NCBI GenBank assembly: GCA_017388175.1
Contig: JAFOTD010000017.1
Span: 14,940-78,939, forward strand
Length of the DNA: 64,000 bases
Origin: Clostridia bacterium
Lineage (GTDB): Bacteria; Bacillota; Clostridia; Christensenellales; CAG-138
Direction: 5' to 3'
The first letter of the stretch is position 1. Each line of letters starts with the position of its first letter. Under the pieces are notes generated by a model. It was not told where the DNA came from and made no database searches. It worked only from the letters and a program-made list of their open reading frames with translations. Positions 44,903 to 54,121 of this stretch are shown here, piece after piece. The translations under genes and the position numbers were made by a program.

Positions 44903-45955
44903 ATGGAACAGTTAAAGGGCAATAAATACGGTACCCACCGCGTCATCGAGCCGAAGGGCGTTCTCACGCAGGCTGCATGGAAGATCGACAATGACATGAC
45001 CAAGCGTTACAGCAACGAGATCATCTGCGATGTCATCTCCCTGAACATCGACTCCGCGTCCTTCACGCAGATCGAAGAAGCATGCGGCGGCGACGAGCAG
45101 AAGATCGGCGAAATGATCCTCGGCATCGTGGCGGAACGCGGCAAGCAGCAGAACCCGGTTACGGGCTCCGGCGGCATGTTCATCGGCAAGGTTGCCTACA
45201 TCGGCGAAGACCTTCTGAAGAAGCCGGACTTCGACCTCAAGGTCGGCGACAAGATCGCATCCCTCGTTTCCCTGTCCATGACGCCTCTGAAGATCGACCG
45301 CATCAAGGCGATCCACAAGGACATCGACCGCGTCGATATCGACGGTCAGGCGGTTCTGTTTGAGTCCGCGATCTACGCAAAGCTTCCCGAGGACATGTCC
45401 GAAGCTCTGGCGCTTGCGGCACTCGACGTTGCAGGTGCGCCCGCACAGGCAAGAAAGCTTCCGAAGGAAGGCGATTCCGTGCTGATCCTCGGCGCAAACG
45501 GCAAGAGCGGCGTTCTCTGCGGCTGGGAAGCGCTGAAAAAGGTCGGCCCGAACGGCAAGGTCGTCGGCGTCGTCAGAAACCCGAAGCAGGTTCCCGCGTT
45601 GATCGAACTCGGCGTTTACACCGACGTCATCGTTGCGGACTGCACGAAGCCGGTCGAAGTACTTGAAAAGGCGCTGGAAGCCAACGGCGGCAAGGAATAC
45701 GACATCTCCATCTGCTGCGTCAACATCGAATCCTGCGAGATGAGCGCGATCCTCCCGGTCCGCGACGACGGTCTCGTATACTTCTTCTCCATGGCGACCT
45801 CGTTCACCAAGGCAGCTCTGGGCGCAGAGGGCGTCGGCAAGGACGTCACCATGATCGTCGGCAACGGCTATACCAAGAACCATGCCGAGATCACGCTGAA
45901 CGTGCTCCGCGAGAACGAAAAGCTCCGCAAGCTGTTTGACGAAAAATACTGCTAA
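44903..45955 (+). CDS. kdd: L-erythro-3,5-diaminohexanoate dehydrogenase
   Basis: 350 aa. GTHRVIEPKGVLTQAAWKIDN...NPVTGSGGMFIGKV...VLILGANGKSGVL (Rossmann fold). Cluster context between kce and kamA. Confidence 0.8.
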   Translation: MEQLKGNKYGTHRVIEPKGVLTQAAWKIDNDMTKRYSNEIICDVISLNIDSASFTQIEEACGGDEQKIGEMILGIVAERGKQQNPVTGSGGMFIGKVAYIGEDLLKKPDFDLKVGDKIASLVSLSMTPLKIDRIKAIHKDIDRVDIDGQAVLFESAIYAKLPEDMSEALALAALDVAGAPAQARKLPKEGDSVLILGANGKSGVLCGWEALKKVGPNGKVVGVVRNPKQVPALIELGVYTDVIVADCTKPVEVLEKALEANGGKEYDISICCVNIESCEMSAILPVRDDGLVYFFSMATSFTKAALGAEGVGKDVTMIVGNGYTKNHAEITLNVLRENEKLRKLFDEKYC

Positions 45956-46020
45956 AATTCTCTTGCGAGAGCAGGGTTCTCCCCCGCTCTCGCGATCTAT
46001 TTTTTTCAGGAGGTTTGTAT

Positions 46021-47271
46021 ATGAAAACCCGAAACGGTCTCTTCCGGGACGTCCCCGAAGAGCAGTGGAACGACTGGCACTGGCAGGTAAGAAACCGCGC
46101 CGAAACGCTTGACGATCTCAAAAAGGTCATGACGCTGACGCCCGACGAAGAAGAAGGCGTGAAGAAGACGCTCGGCAAGCTCCGCATGGCGATCACGCCG
46201 TACTATCTCTCGCTGATCGACCTCGACGATCCCTATGATCCGATCCGCAAGATGGCGATCCCGCGCGCGGAAGAGCTCGATTACGCGGATTATGAGGACG
46301 CAGACCCGCTGCACGAGGACACCGATTCCCCGACGCCGGGTCTTACCCACCGGTATCCGGACCGCGTGCTGCTTCTCATCACGGACATGTGCTCCATGTA
46401 CTGCCGCCACTGCACGCGCCGCCGCTTTGCCGGTCAGAATGACTGCGGCGTTCCGATGGCACAGATCGACAAGTGCATCGAATATGTAGCCAATCACCCC
46501 GAGGTCCGCGACGTGCTTCTTTCCGGCGGCGACGCGCTGATGGTCGGCGACGCGGTACTTGAGAGCATTATCTCGCGTCTTCGCGCGATCCCGCACGTTG
46601 AGATCATTCGTCTCGGCTCCCGCACGCCGGTCGTGTGCCCGCAGCGCATCACGCCGGAGCTGTGCAATATGCTGAAGAAATACCATCCCATCTGGCTCAA
46701 CACGCACTTCAATACGCCGAAGGAATTCACGCCCGAAGCGGCAAAGGCTTGCGCCATGCTCGCGGACGCGGGCATTCCGCTGGGCAACCAGAGCGTTCTG
46801 CTCGCGGGGATCAACGACTGCAGCCACGTCATGATGGAACTCGTGCACGGGCTTGTCAAGATGCGTGTGCGCCCCTACTACATCTACGCCTGCGATCCGT
46901 CCCTTGGTCTTTCGCACTTCCGCACCCCGGTATCGAAGGGCATTGAGATCATGGAAGCGCTGCGCGGTCACACCTCCGGCTACTGCGTACCGACGTTCGT
47001 CGTCGACGCGCCGGGCGGCGGCGGCAAGACGCCCGTCATGCCGAACTACCTGATCTCGCAGACGCCGAGAAAGGTCATCCTCAGAAACTTTGAGGGCGTC
47101 ATCACGTCCTACACCGAGCCCGAACATTACGTGCAGAACTGCCATTGCGACGTGTGCACCGGCAAGAAAAAGGTCGAAAAGACCGGCGTTGCGTACGTTG
47201 CCGAGGGCACTGCGCAGCACTATCTTGAACCGACGAAGCTCCTTCGCAACGAGCGGCACGTCAAGCACTGA
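46021..47271 (+). CDS. kamA: L-lysine 2,3-aminomutase (radical SAM, PLP)
   Basis: FRDVPEEQWNDWHWQVRNR, the radical-SAM motif CSMYCRHCTRR, and VRDVLLSGGDALM. ATG 46021 follows CAGGAGG by 7 nt (the track start at 46015 is TTG) and gives 416 aa. Confidence 0.95.
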   Translation: MKTRNGLFRDVPEEQWNDWHWQVRNRAETLDDLKKVMTLTPDEEEGVKKTLGKLRMAITPYYLSLIDLDDPYDPIRKMAIPRAEELDYADYEDADPLHEDTDSPTPGLTHRYPDRVLLLITDMCSMYCRHCTRRRFAGQNDCGVPMAQIDKCIEYVANHPEVRDVLLSGGDALMVGDAVLESIISRLRAIPHVEIIRLGSRTPVVCPQRITPELCNMLKKYHPIWLNTHFNTPKEFTPEAAKACAMLADAGIPLGNQSVLLAGINDCSHVMMELVHGLVKMRVRPYYIYACDPSLGLSHFRTPVSKGIEIMEALRGHTSGYCVPTFVVDAPGGGGKTPVMPNYLISQTPRKVILRNFEGVITSYTEPEHYVQNCHCDVCTGKKKVEKTGVAYVAEGTAQHYLEPTKLLRNERHVKH

Positions 47272-47280
47272 GGGCGGCTT

Positions 47281-48843
47281 ATGGAAAGCAAACTCGGCTT
47301 GAACTTTGATCTGGTCAACGAGGCGCGTACGAGCGCGGCGCACGTCGCTGCCGACGTACAGCGCTTTATCGACCGGCACACCACCGTCACGGTTGAGCGC
47401 ACCGTCTGCCGACTCTTGGGCATCGACGGCGTCAACGACATGGACGTTCCCATGCCGAACGTCGTCGTCGATTACCTCTCCGCAAACGCGCTGCTGCCGA
47501 TGGGCGCGGCGTGGGTGATCGGCAACGCGATCCTCGAGACCGGTCTCGATCCGCAGGGCATTGCGGAAGCGATCGATAAGGGCGAGCTCGACCTCAACAA
47601 GCTCCCCGCCCATCCGGAGGCGGAGATCCGGAACGCGCTGCAGCCGTACGTCGATGCGACGATGGCGCGGATCAACAAAAACGTCGCAAATCGCAACGAG
47701 TATCTTGACCGCTTCGGCGACAAGCAGGGACCATACCTCTACATCATCGTCGCGACCGGCAACATCTACGAGGACATCATTCAGGCGAAGGCCGGCGCGA
47801 AGCAAGGCGCGGACATCATCGCCGTCATTCGTACGACGGGCCAGTCGCTTTTAGACTACGTTCCCTACGGCGCGACGACCGAGGGCTTCGGCGGCACCTA
47901 TGCAACGCAGGAAAACTTCCGCCTGATGCGCGCCGCGCTTGACGAGGTCGGCGAGGAGCAGCACCGCTATATCCGCCTTTGCAACTACTGCTCGGGCCTG
48001 TGCATGCCCGAGATCGCGGCGATGGGCGCGTTGGAACGGCTCGACGTCATGCTGAATGACGCGCTGTACGGCATTCTGTTCCGCGACATCAACATGCAGC
48101 GCACGATCGTCGATCAGTATTTTTCCCGCATCATCAACGGGTACGCGGGCGTCATCATCAACACCGGCGAGGACAACTACCTCACCACCGACGACGCGAT
48201 CACGAGCGCGCACACGGTGCTTGCTTCGCAGTTTTTGAACGAGGCGTTCGCAAAGTGCGCCGGCATGCGCGAGGAGCAGATGGGCCTCGGCCACGCGTTC
48301 GAGATGGACCCGGCGGTCGAAAACACGTTCCTCTACGAGCTTGCGCAGGCGCAGATGGCGCGCGAAATCTTCCCGAACGCGCCGCTGAAGTACATGCCGC
48401 CGACCAAGTATATGACCGGCAACATCTTCCGCGGACACATTCAGGACGCGCTGTTCAACATGGTCACGATCCTGACGAATCAAAAACTGCACCTCCTCGG
48501 CATGATGACCGAGGCGATCCACACGCCGTTTATGTCGGACCGCGCGCTGTCGATCGAGAACGCGCAGTACATCTTCCGCACGATGAAGGATCTCGGCAAC
48601 GAACTGACCTTCAAGGAGGGCGGCATCATCCGCGCCCGCGCAAACGAGGTCCTGACGAAGGCGACCGAGCTCTTGAAAGAGATCGAAAACCTCGGGCTTT
48701 TCACGACGCTTGAGCGCGGTATCTTCGCGGACGTCAAGCGCCCGAAGGACGGCGGCAAGGGTCTTGCAGGCGTCGTCGTCAAGGATGAAACCTACTTCAA
48801 TCCGTTTATCGAGATCATGAAAGGCAAGGTGGCGAACGAATGA
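47281..48843 (+). CDS. kamD: beta-/D-lysine 5,6-aminomutase alpha subunit
   Basis: 520 aa with a TIM-barrel-type KamD sequence (LNFDLVNEARTSAAHVAADVQRFIDRHTT...); followed by the overlapping B12-binding subunit. Confidence 0.85.
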   Translation: MESKLGLNFDLVNEARTSAAHVAADVQRFIDRHTTVTVERTVCRLLGIDGVNDMDVPMPNVVVDYLSANALLPMGAAWVIGNAILETGLDPQGIAEAIDKGELDLNKLPAHPEAEIRNALQPYVDATMARINKNVANRNEYLDRFGDKQGPYLYIIVATGNIYEDIIQAKAGAKQGADIIAVIRTTGQSLLDYVPYGATTEGFGGTYATQENFRLMRAALDEVGEEQHRYIRLCNYCSGLCMPEIAAMGALERLDVMLNDALYGILFRDINMQRTIVDQYFSRIINGYAGVIINTGEDNYLTTDDAITSAHTVLASQFLNEAFAKCAGMREEQMGLGHAFEMDPAVENTFLYELAQAQMAREIFPNAPLKYMPPTKYMTGNIFRGHIQDALFNMVTILTNQKLHLLGMMTEAIHTPFMSDRALSIENAQYIFRTMKDLGNELTFKEGGIIRARANEVLTKATELLKEIENLGLFTTLERGIFADVKRPKDGGKGLAGVVVKDETYFNPFIEIMKGKVANE

Positions 48844-49628
48844 GCAGCGGACTTTATAACACGCATAAAATTGAATTCGACACCACGCTGGACCTTACGC
48901 GCATAAAGCCGTACGGCGACACGATGAACGACGGCAAGGTGCAGCTGAGCTTTACCCTGCCCGTGAAAGACGACGAGCGCGGCGTGGAAGCGGCGCGGCA
49001 GATCGCAAAGAAGATGGGCCTCGACGAGCCGAACGTGACGTATCACGCCCCGCTCGACAAGGAGTTCACGTTTTACGTGGTCTACGGAAGCTGCGTGCAC
49101 ACCGTAAACTACGAGGACATTCACGTCATCACCGTCGAATCCGAGGTGATGAGCATGGAGGAAACGAACGACTATATCCGCGAGCACATCGGCCGCAAGG
49201 TCGTGATGGTGGGCGCTTCTACCGGTACCGACGCGCACACCGTTGGCATCGACGCGATCATGAACCGCAAGGGCTTTGCAGGACACTACGGCGTGGAGCG
49301 CTACGAGATGATCGAGGCGTACAACCTCGGCTCGCAGGTCAGCAACGAGGATTTCATCAAAAAGGCTTTGGAGGTCAACGCGGACGCGCTGCTCGTATCG
49401 CAGACGGTTACGCAGAAGGATATCCATATCCAGAACCTCACGAACCTCATCGAGCTGCTGGAGGCCGAAGGGCTTCGCGACCGCTTCGTGGTGGTCTGCG
49501 GCGGGCCGCGCATCACGCATGAGCTTGCGAAGGAGCTCGGCTTCGACGCGGGCTTCGGCGCGGGCACGTACGGCGACGACGTGGCGAGCTTCGTGGTCAC
49601 GGAAATGGTCAAACGCGGCATGAAGTGA
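48840..49628 (+). CDS. kamE: beta-/D-lysine 5,6-aminomutase beta subunit (cobalamin/PLP-binding)
   Basis: VVMVGASTGTDAHTVGIDAI (B12-binding DxHxxG-type region), 262 aa, ATGA overlap with kamD. Confidence 0.85.
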   Translation: MSSGLYNTHKIEFDTTLDLTRIKPYGDTMNDGKVQLSFTLPVKDDERGVEAARQIAKKMGLDEPNVTYHAPLDKEFTFYVVYGSCVHTVNYEDIHVITVESEVMSMEETNDYIREHIGRKVVMVGASTGTDAHTVGIDAIMNRKGFAGHYGVERYEMIEAYNLGSQVSNEDFIKKALEVNADALLVSQTVTQKDIHIQNLTNLIELLEAEGLRDRFVVVCGGPRITHELAKELGFDAGFGAGTYGDDVASFVVTEMVKRGMK

Positions 49629-49673
49629 TCTGCCGCTTCCATGAACTATCAATTCTTGAAGGAGGAATATAAA

Positions 49674-50366
49674 ATGGCAAAGAAACCGGTCATCACTGCC
49701 GCCGAGGCAGCGAAAATGATTCCCGACGGCGCAACGATCATGTGCGGCGGCTTTTTGGGCTGCGGACAGGCGCTCGCCGTCGTTAAGGAGCTCGTGAAGC
49801 TCGGCACCAAGGATCTGACGCTGATCGCAAACGATATGGGCCGCGCGGTCGGTCCGAAGGGCGAAGAATTCTTCGGCATTGCGGAGCTGATCCACAACCA
49901 TCAGGTCAAGCGCGTGATCGCGACGCACGTCGGCATGACACCCGAGGTCGGCGAACAGATGAACGCCGGCACCCTCGAGGTCAACCTGATTCCGCAGGGC
50001 TCGATGGCGGAATGCGTCCGCGCGGGCGGCGCGGGACTGGGCGGCGTGCTCACCCCCGTCGGCGTCGACACCCTGATCGAGGAAAGCCCGCTTTGCCTCG
50101 GCAAGCAGGAGATCGACGGCAGACAGTATCTTCTGATGAAGCCGATCCACGCGGACTTCGCGCTGCTCGGCACCTATAAGTGCGACGAAGCCGGCAACTG
50201 CTGGTACAAGGGCACGATGCGTAACTTCAACACCGTCATGGCGACCGCGGCGGATACCGTCATTGCCGAGACCGAATACCTCGTTCCCATCGGCGAGATC
50301 GAGCCCGAGAACATCCACACCTACGGCATGTGCGTCGACTACATCGTGGAAGGAGAGAGAAAATAA
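49674..50366 (+). CDS. atoD: 3-oxoacid (butyryl-CoA:acetoacetate) CoA-transferase subunit A
   Basis: KPVITAAEAAKMIPDGATIMCGGFLGCGQ...; ATG 49674 follows GAAGGAGG. Confidence 0.9.
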   Translation: MAKKPVITAAEAAKMIPDGATIMCGGFLGCGQALAVVKELVKLGTKDLTLIANDMGRAVGPKGEEFFGIAELIHNHQVKRVIATHVGMTPEVGEQMNAGTLEVNLIPQGSMAECVRAGGAGLGGVLTPVGVDTLIEESPLCLGKQEIDGRQYLLMKPIHADFALLGTYKCDEAGNCWYKGTMRNFNTVMATAADTVIAETEYLVPIGEIEPENIHTYGMCVDYIVEGERK

Positions 50367-51034
50367 TGGATAAGTCTGAAATCAAAGCCTTTATCGCAAA
50401 GCGCTGCGCGAAAGAACTGAAGGACGGCGACGTCGTCAACCTCGGCATCGGCCTTCCCACCATGATCCCCGGCTTCCTTCCCGAAGGCGTTGACCTCGTC
50501 ATCCATGCCGAACTCGGCATCGTCGGCGCGGGCGCGACCCCGAAAGAGGGCGACGCGAACTACGATCCGTACCACGTCGTCGACGCGGGCGGCAACGTCG
50601 CGTCCGTGGCGTTCGGCGGCGGCTTCATCGACTCCGCGACGAACTTCGGTCTGATCCGCGGCGGTCACGTCGACGCGTGCTTCCTCGGCGCTTTGGAAGT
50701 CGATCAGGAAGGCAACCTCGCAAACTGGATCATCCCCGGCAAGCGTATGCCCGGCATGGGCGGCGCGATGGACCTGTGCGTCGGCGCAAAGAACTGCATC
50801 GTCTGCATGGAGCACACTGCAAAGGGCAATCCGAAGATCCTCGAAAAGTGCCGTCTGCCGCTGACCGCGTCCCACTGCGTCAAGAAGATCATCACCGAGA
50901 TGTGCGTGCTCGAAGTGACCGAAAACGGTCTTTTGATGACCGAGATCAACCCGGAATTTACCGTCGACCAGGTCAAGGCTGCCACCGCCGCCCCGATCAC
51001 GGTCGCGGAGAATCTGAAGTCCATGATCGACTGA
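50366..51034 (+). CDS. atoA: 3-oxoacid CoA-transferase subunit B
   Basis: IAKRCAKELKDGDVVNLGIGLPT...GMGGAMDL...; the start overlaps the atoD stop (TAATG). Confidence 0.9.
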   Translation: MDKSEIKAFIAKRCAKELKDGDVVNLGIGLPTMIPGFLPEGVDLVIHAELGIVGAGATPKEGDANYDPYHVVDAGGNVASVAFGGGFIDSATNFGLIRGGHVDACFLGALEVDQEGNLANWIIPGKRMPGMGGAMDLCVGAKNCIVCMEHTAKGNPKILEKCRLPLTASHCVKKIITEMCVLEVTENGLLMTEINPEFTVDQVKAATAAPITVAENLKSMID

Positions 51035-51077
51035 TCAAACGATACAGCAAAGCCCGACCGTTTGGCCGGGCTTTTTA
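50844..51077 (+). repeat. direct repeat copy A (atoA 3' end + terminator)
   Basis: Homologous to 52072-52305. Hand alignment of the coding part shows about 20 mismatches in about 186 nt, mostly at third-codon positions. Confidence 0.85.
51048..51077 (+). terminator. intrinsic terminator after atoA
   Basis: AAAGCCCGACC-gttt-GGCCGGGCTTTTTAT. Confidence 0.7.
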
Positions 51078-51112
51078 TGCGCGTAAGTGCAGATGATTCG
51101 GAGCTTCGGGAA

Positions 51113-51994
51113 TCACGCAGGGAAGCCGGTCGGCCGGGCAAACCCGACGGGACGGGCCTGTGTGCCAGCCGGGGCAGGCTGCGGCGCGATCGTTCGCGGC
51201 TGCTCCGGAACGCGTACGGGAATCTGCCTCGGCTGTTCCGGGATCGTGCGCGGCTCAGTCGAAAAGCGGTCCGAAAGCTTTTGCATCAGCCGCACGCCGT
51301 ACGCCTCGCGGCTTTGTGCGAGCACCGGCGCGCCCGTGCGTACGCGGTATACGGTGTAGAAGTGCTGTGTCGTGAGGAGCAGGAAGGCTCCCTGTCCAAG
51401 CAGGACCCTGCGGTGAAGCGTCGAGCGATACATGCAGATCTCCGTGTTCGGACATTTCTTGCCCCAGTATTTACGGAATTTGGCGTCGTCCTTCTTGAAG
51501 ATGCCGAACGTATGACGGTCCACGACGCCGTAGCGATAGCCGGTCGCGACGCCGTGATCCGTGTAAGAGAGCGCAACCGCATGCAGCTTTGTTCTGATAA
51601 AGTTCGAGGATGTGTTTATGTCGAGCGAATCGACCGTGACCGTCGGATGCGCGGCAAGCCACGCGTCCGCTTCCTCCACGCTTTCAAACGTGATCCGGCC
51701 CTTCACGGGATCCACTTCCTTCTTGACCTGCCGGAACACGTTGAACACGATCCCCGTCAGCATCAGCAGATCGTACCGCGCCTGTTCGCCGCGCGTGTCC
51801 AGTATCCGCATGCCGGTCCGGCTCTCGGCGGCAACGATCTCCCGCTCCAGGGTCGCAAGGCCGTTCTGCATCTCATCGTGACAGCCGTTGATCTCATTTG
51901 TCTTGATCTTCAGACACATCGAAAGGAGCCGCATCCGATCCGTTTGCGGCAGCCGTGCAAAGAATGTCGATACGACGTTTTGATTCAGTTCCAT
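51113..51994 (-). CDS. hypothetical protein, no recognisable family; proline-rich repetitive C-terminus
   Basis: 293 aa. Strong RBS GGGAGGAAACACC before the ATG. C-terminal tail EPRTIPEQPRQIPVRVPEQPRTIAPQPAPAG. The overlapping + strand ORF 51062..52030 is Arg-rich and shadow-like. Confidence 0.6.
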   Translation of the reverse strand: MELNQNVVSTFFARLPQTDRMRLLSMCLKIKTNEINGCHDEMQNGLATLEREIVAAESRTGMRILDTRGEQARYDLLMLTGIVFNVFRQVKKEVDPVKGRITFESVEEADAWLAAHPTVTVDSLDINTSSNFIRTKLHAVALSYTDHGVATGYRYGVVDRHTFGIFKKDDAKFRKYWGKKCPNTEICMYRSTLHRRVLLGQGAFLLLTTQHFYTVYRVRTGAPVLAQSREAYGVRLMQKLSDRFSTEPRTIPEQPRQIPVRVPEQPRTIAPQPAPAGTQARPVGFARPTGFPA

Positions 51995-52071
51995 GGTGTT
52001 TCCTCCCGTTTCTCTCCTGTTTTCACATAATATGACAAGCGAGACCGCGTTTTGGTTTTATGTTTTTTCAA

Positions 52072-52305
52072 AAAAGTCCCGTCTGCCGCTGACCGCTTCG
52101 CATTGCGTGAAGAAGATCATCACCGAGATGTGCGTGCTGGAAGTCACCGAAAACGGACTTCTGATGACCGAGATCAACCCGGAATTCACCGTAGAACAGG
52201 TCAAGGCCGCGACCGCCGCACCGATCACGGTCTCCGAGAACCTCAAGTCGATGACCGACTGAACGTAAGCATCACAAAAGCCCGACCGAAAGGCCGGGCT
52301 TTTTG
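52072..52305 (+). repeat. direct repeat copy B (orphan atoA 3' end + terminator)
   Basis: Encodes RLPLTASHCVKKIITEMCVLEVTENGLLMTEINPEFTVEQVKAATAAPITVSENLKSMTD*, against atoA ...TVDQVKAATAAPITVAENLKSMID*. It is followed by AAAGCCCGACC-gaaa-GGCCGGGCTTTTTGC. Confidence 0.85.
52078..52262 (+). pseudogene. displaced 3' fragment of an atoA homolog (last ~61 codons only)
   Basis: In-frame homology to the atoA C-terminus with no upstream atoA body. The ORF-track 51993..52262 N-terminus (MVFPPVSLLFSHNMTSETAFWFYVFSKK) is unrelated sequence. Confidence 0.75.
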
Positions 52306-52329
52306 CTTGTCTTACGGATATGCGTTTGC

Positions 52330-52851
52330 CTAATTTCGTTTCCTCTCGTCATTCGAATCAAGCTCACGCGCGGCGCTTTTCAAGGCAACTCCTAATGTTT
52401 TACCGGCGTAATTCGCGATTTTGTACCTCTGCGAAAAAACGAAAAGCATACTGGAGATACCGATGCTCAGAAAGATCGTAAACGTTCCGATTGCAATGCA
52501 TCCGATGGATTTTCCCTGAACGTCCTCATATGCATCCTGTCGCTCATAATATTCATCTGTAAAGCCGCTGAACTGACGGAACTGTTCTCTACTGAGTGAT
52601 TTCGCTTCCTTCTCCATGCCGGCTCCGATGACGATCAGCGTAATGCCGACGATCAGACCGATCACCAGAACCAGGATCGCAATCGGTTTTTGTTTTCGTC
52701 CCTTTCGTGAAAGCGCCGCTCCGTCGTTGCTGCGAACCATCTTCTGCGCGGGGGCATCCGTCGGTCTCACATTGTTCGGCACCGCCGTACCGCATCGCGC
52801 GCAGAATCTATTCCCTTCCGTGATTTCATAACCGCAATTTTCGCAATACAT
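52330..52851 (-). CDS. zinc-ribbon membrane protein
   Basis: N-terminal MYCENCGYEITEGNRFCARCG zinc ribbon plus two predicted TM helices. Confidence 0.55.
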   Translation of the reverse strand: MYCENCGYEITEGNRFCARCGTAVPNNVRPTDAPAQKMVRSNDGAALSRKGRKQKPIAILVLVIGLIVGITLIVIGAGMEKEAKSLSREQFRQFSGFTDEYYERQDAYEDVQGKSIGCIAIGTFTIFLSIGISSMLFVFSQRYKIANYAGKTLGVALKSAARELDSNDERKRN

Positions 52852-53101
52852 CTTTGTGCTCCTTATCCTTTTTTGTCTTTCGCTCTATAAGACACCGGAT
52901 TCCGCTTTCCGGTTTTATAATAATACTATTTTTTATCTGCTACGTCAATCTCCCCCATGGAAAGCATTTGATTTCCCCTCACAAGATAGGATCAAAACAC
53001 GTGGACGCCTTGCAGGGGCTGACATCCCCAGCAGCCCCAAATGTGATTTCTGTGTAACGCAAAAAAACGATCCCGGAGTTTTGCTCCGGGATTTTACATA
53101 C

Positions 53102-54004
53102 TCATTTCTTTTCGATCGGCAGCCAGATTTCGCACCAGTGCGAATTGTTGACCGCTTCGTTTCCGTCCTCGAACGGCCAGTGAATCACGTTGATCTCCGG
53201 CGCATTCCGCAGCTCGTAGCCGGACGACGGCAGCCATTCCGTCACAAGGCGCTTCCGAAGCCCGTCGACCAAATTGGTCGGAAACTTGCACCGTTCCGTT
53301 TCGCAAACTACATACAGCCCTTCCGGAATGGAGAGATGCTCATATCGCTTCGCAAATTCGCCGAGGTCCTCGTCAAAGTCCTCGAGCGCCCAGTGGGGCA
53401 GCTTTGCCGCAAAATAGAAATCATAGCCCTCGTCGTCAAAGTTCGTCAGCACGGCATACGTGGTCTCATGCTCCCGGCTCATGCCCTCCAACACGTATTG
53501 CTCCAGCCGCGTCTCGCAGGCAAAATAATGATCCTGATCCTGTTTCTCGTTTGGATCGCCGGTAAAGCGGCGTTTGAATCCGGTCAGCAGCATGTCCGGT
53601 TTCGTTTCGATTCTGTAATCCATCATGCTTCCTCCTTCAAAATGCAGATTGATCGTCATGGGAGAAAACGACCTGAGTTTTGCCCCGTCCATGCGCGCCC
53701 GGGACGGCGTTACCCCGTGGAATCTCTGGAATGCTCTTGCGAAGCTGTCCGGGCTTTCGTAGCCGTACTTGTATGCGACGTCGATGACCCTCGCCTTACC
53801 CTCCGCAAGCTCTGCGCCTGCAGCGGATAACCGCCGGTTCCGGATGTACTCGCCGAGCGTGTAGCCGCACAGAATGCTGAATGCGCGCTGAAAATGAAAC
53901 GAGGAATAATGGCTTTCCCCAGCAATGTTTTCTGTGTCCAGATCATCGGTCAGATGCGCTTCGATATAATCAATTGCCTTCTGTATTGCTTCGATCCATT
54001 CCAT
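53102..54004 (-). CDS. AraC-family transcriptional regulator with GyrI-like effector-binding domain
   Basis: N-terminal HTH (AIDYIEAHLTDDL...HYSSFHFQRAFSILCGYTLGEYIRNRRL...ESPDSFARAFQRFHGVTPS) and a C-terminal GyrI/Cass2-like half. Confidence 0.8.
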   Translation of the reverse strand: MEWIEAIQKAIDYIEAHLTDDLDTENIAGESHYSSFHFQRAFSILCGYTLGEYIRNRRLSAAGAELAEGKARVIDVAYKYGYESPDSFARAFQRFHGVTPSRARMDGAKLRSFSPMTINLHFEGGSMMDYRIETKPDMLLTGFKRRFTGDPNEKQDQDHYFACETRLEQYVLEGMSREHETTYAVLTNFDDEGYDFYFAAKLPHWALEDFDEDLGEFAKRYEHLSIPEGLYVVCETERCKFPTNLVDGLRKRLVTEWLPSSGYELRNAPEINVIHWPFEDGNEAVNNSHWCEIWLPIEKK

Positions 54005-54121
54005 ATCCGTTTCCTCCTGACGTGATCATCATACACAATCTTTGCACATTAGTCCCGATATTTTCTGCTCTTGTCTGTCGGCTCTCAAAAAACGATCCCG
54101 GAATGCTCCGGGATCGTTGTG

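Noticed and set aside
46006-47805. 599-aa minus-strand ORF spanning kamA/kamD. Similar long ORFs occur at 48792..50318, 44912..45883, 43790..44740, 36118..37506 and 35096..36148.
   Set aside because: They lie antisense to genes with unmistakable family signatures. Their translations are Arg/Ala/Asp/His-rich low-complexity sequence, typical of shadow ORFs in high-GC DNA, and they have no RBS.
51062-52030. 322-aa plus-strand ORF overlapping the orphan gene in the atoA insert.
   Set aside because: It is Arg-rich, lacks an RBS and begins inside the atoA terminator. The minus-strand ORF has a strong GGGAGG RBS and a more protein-like composition. The strand choice still deserves confirmation by RNA-seq.
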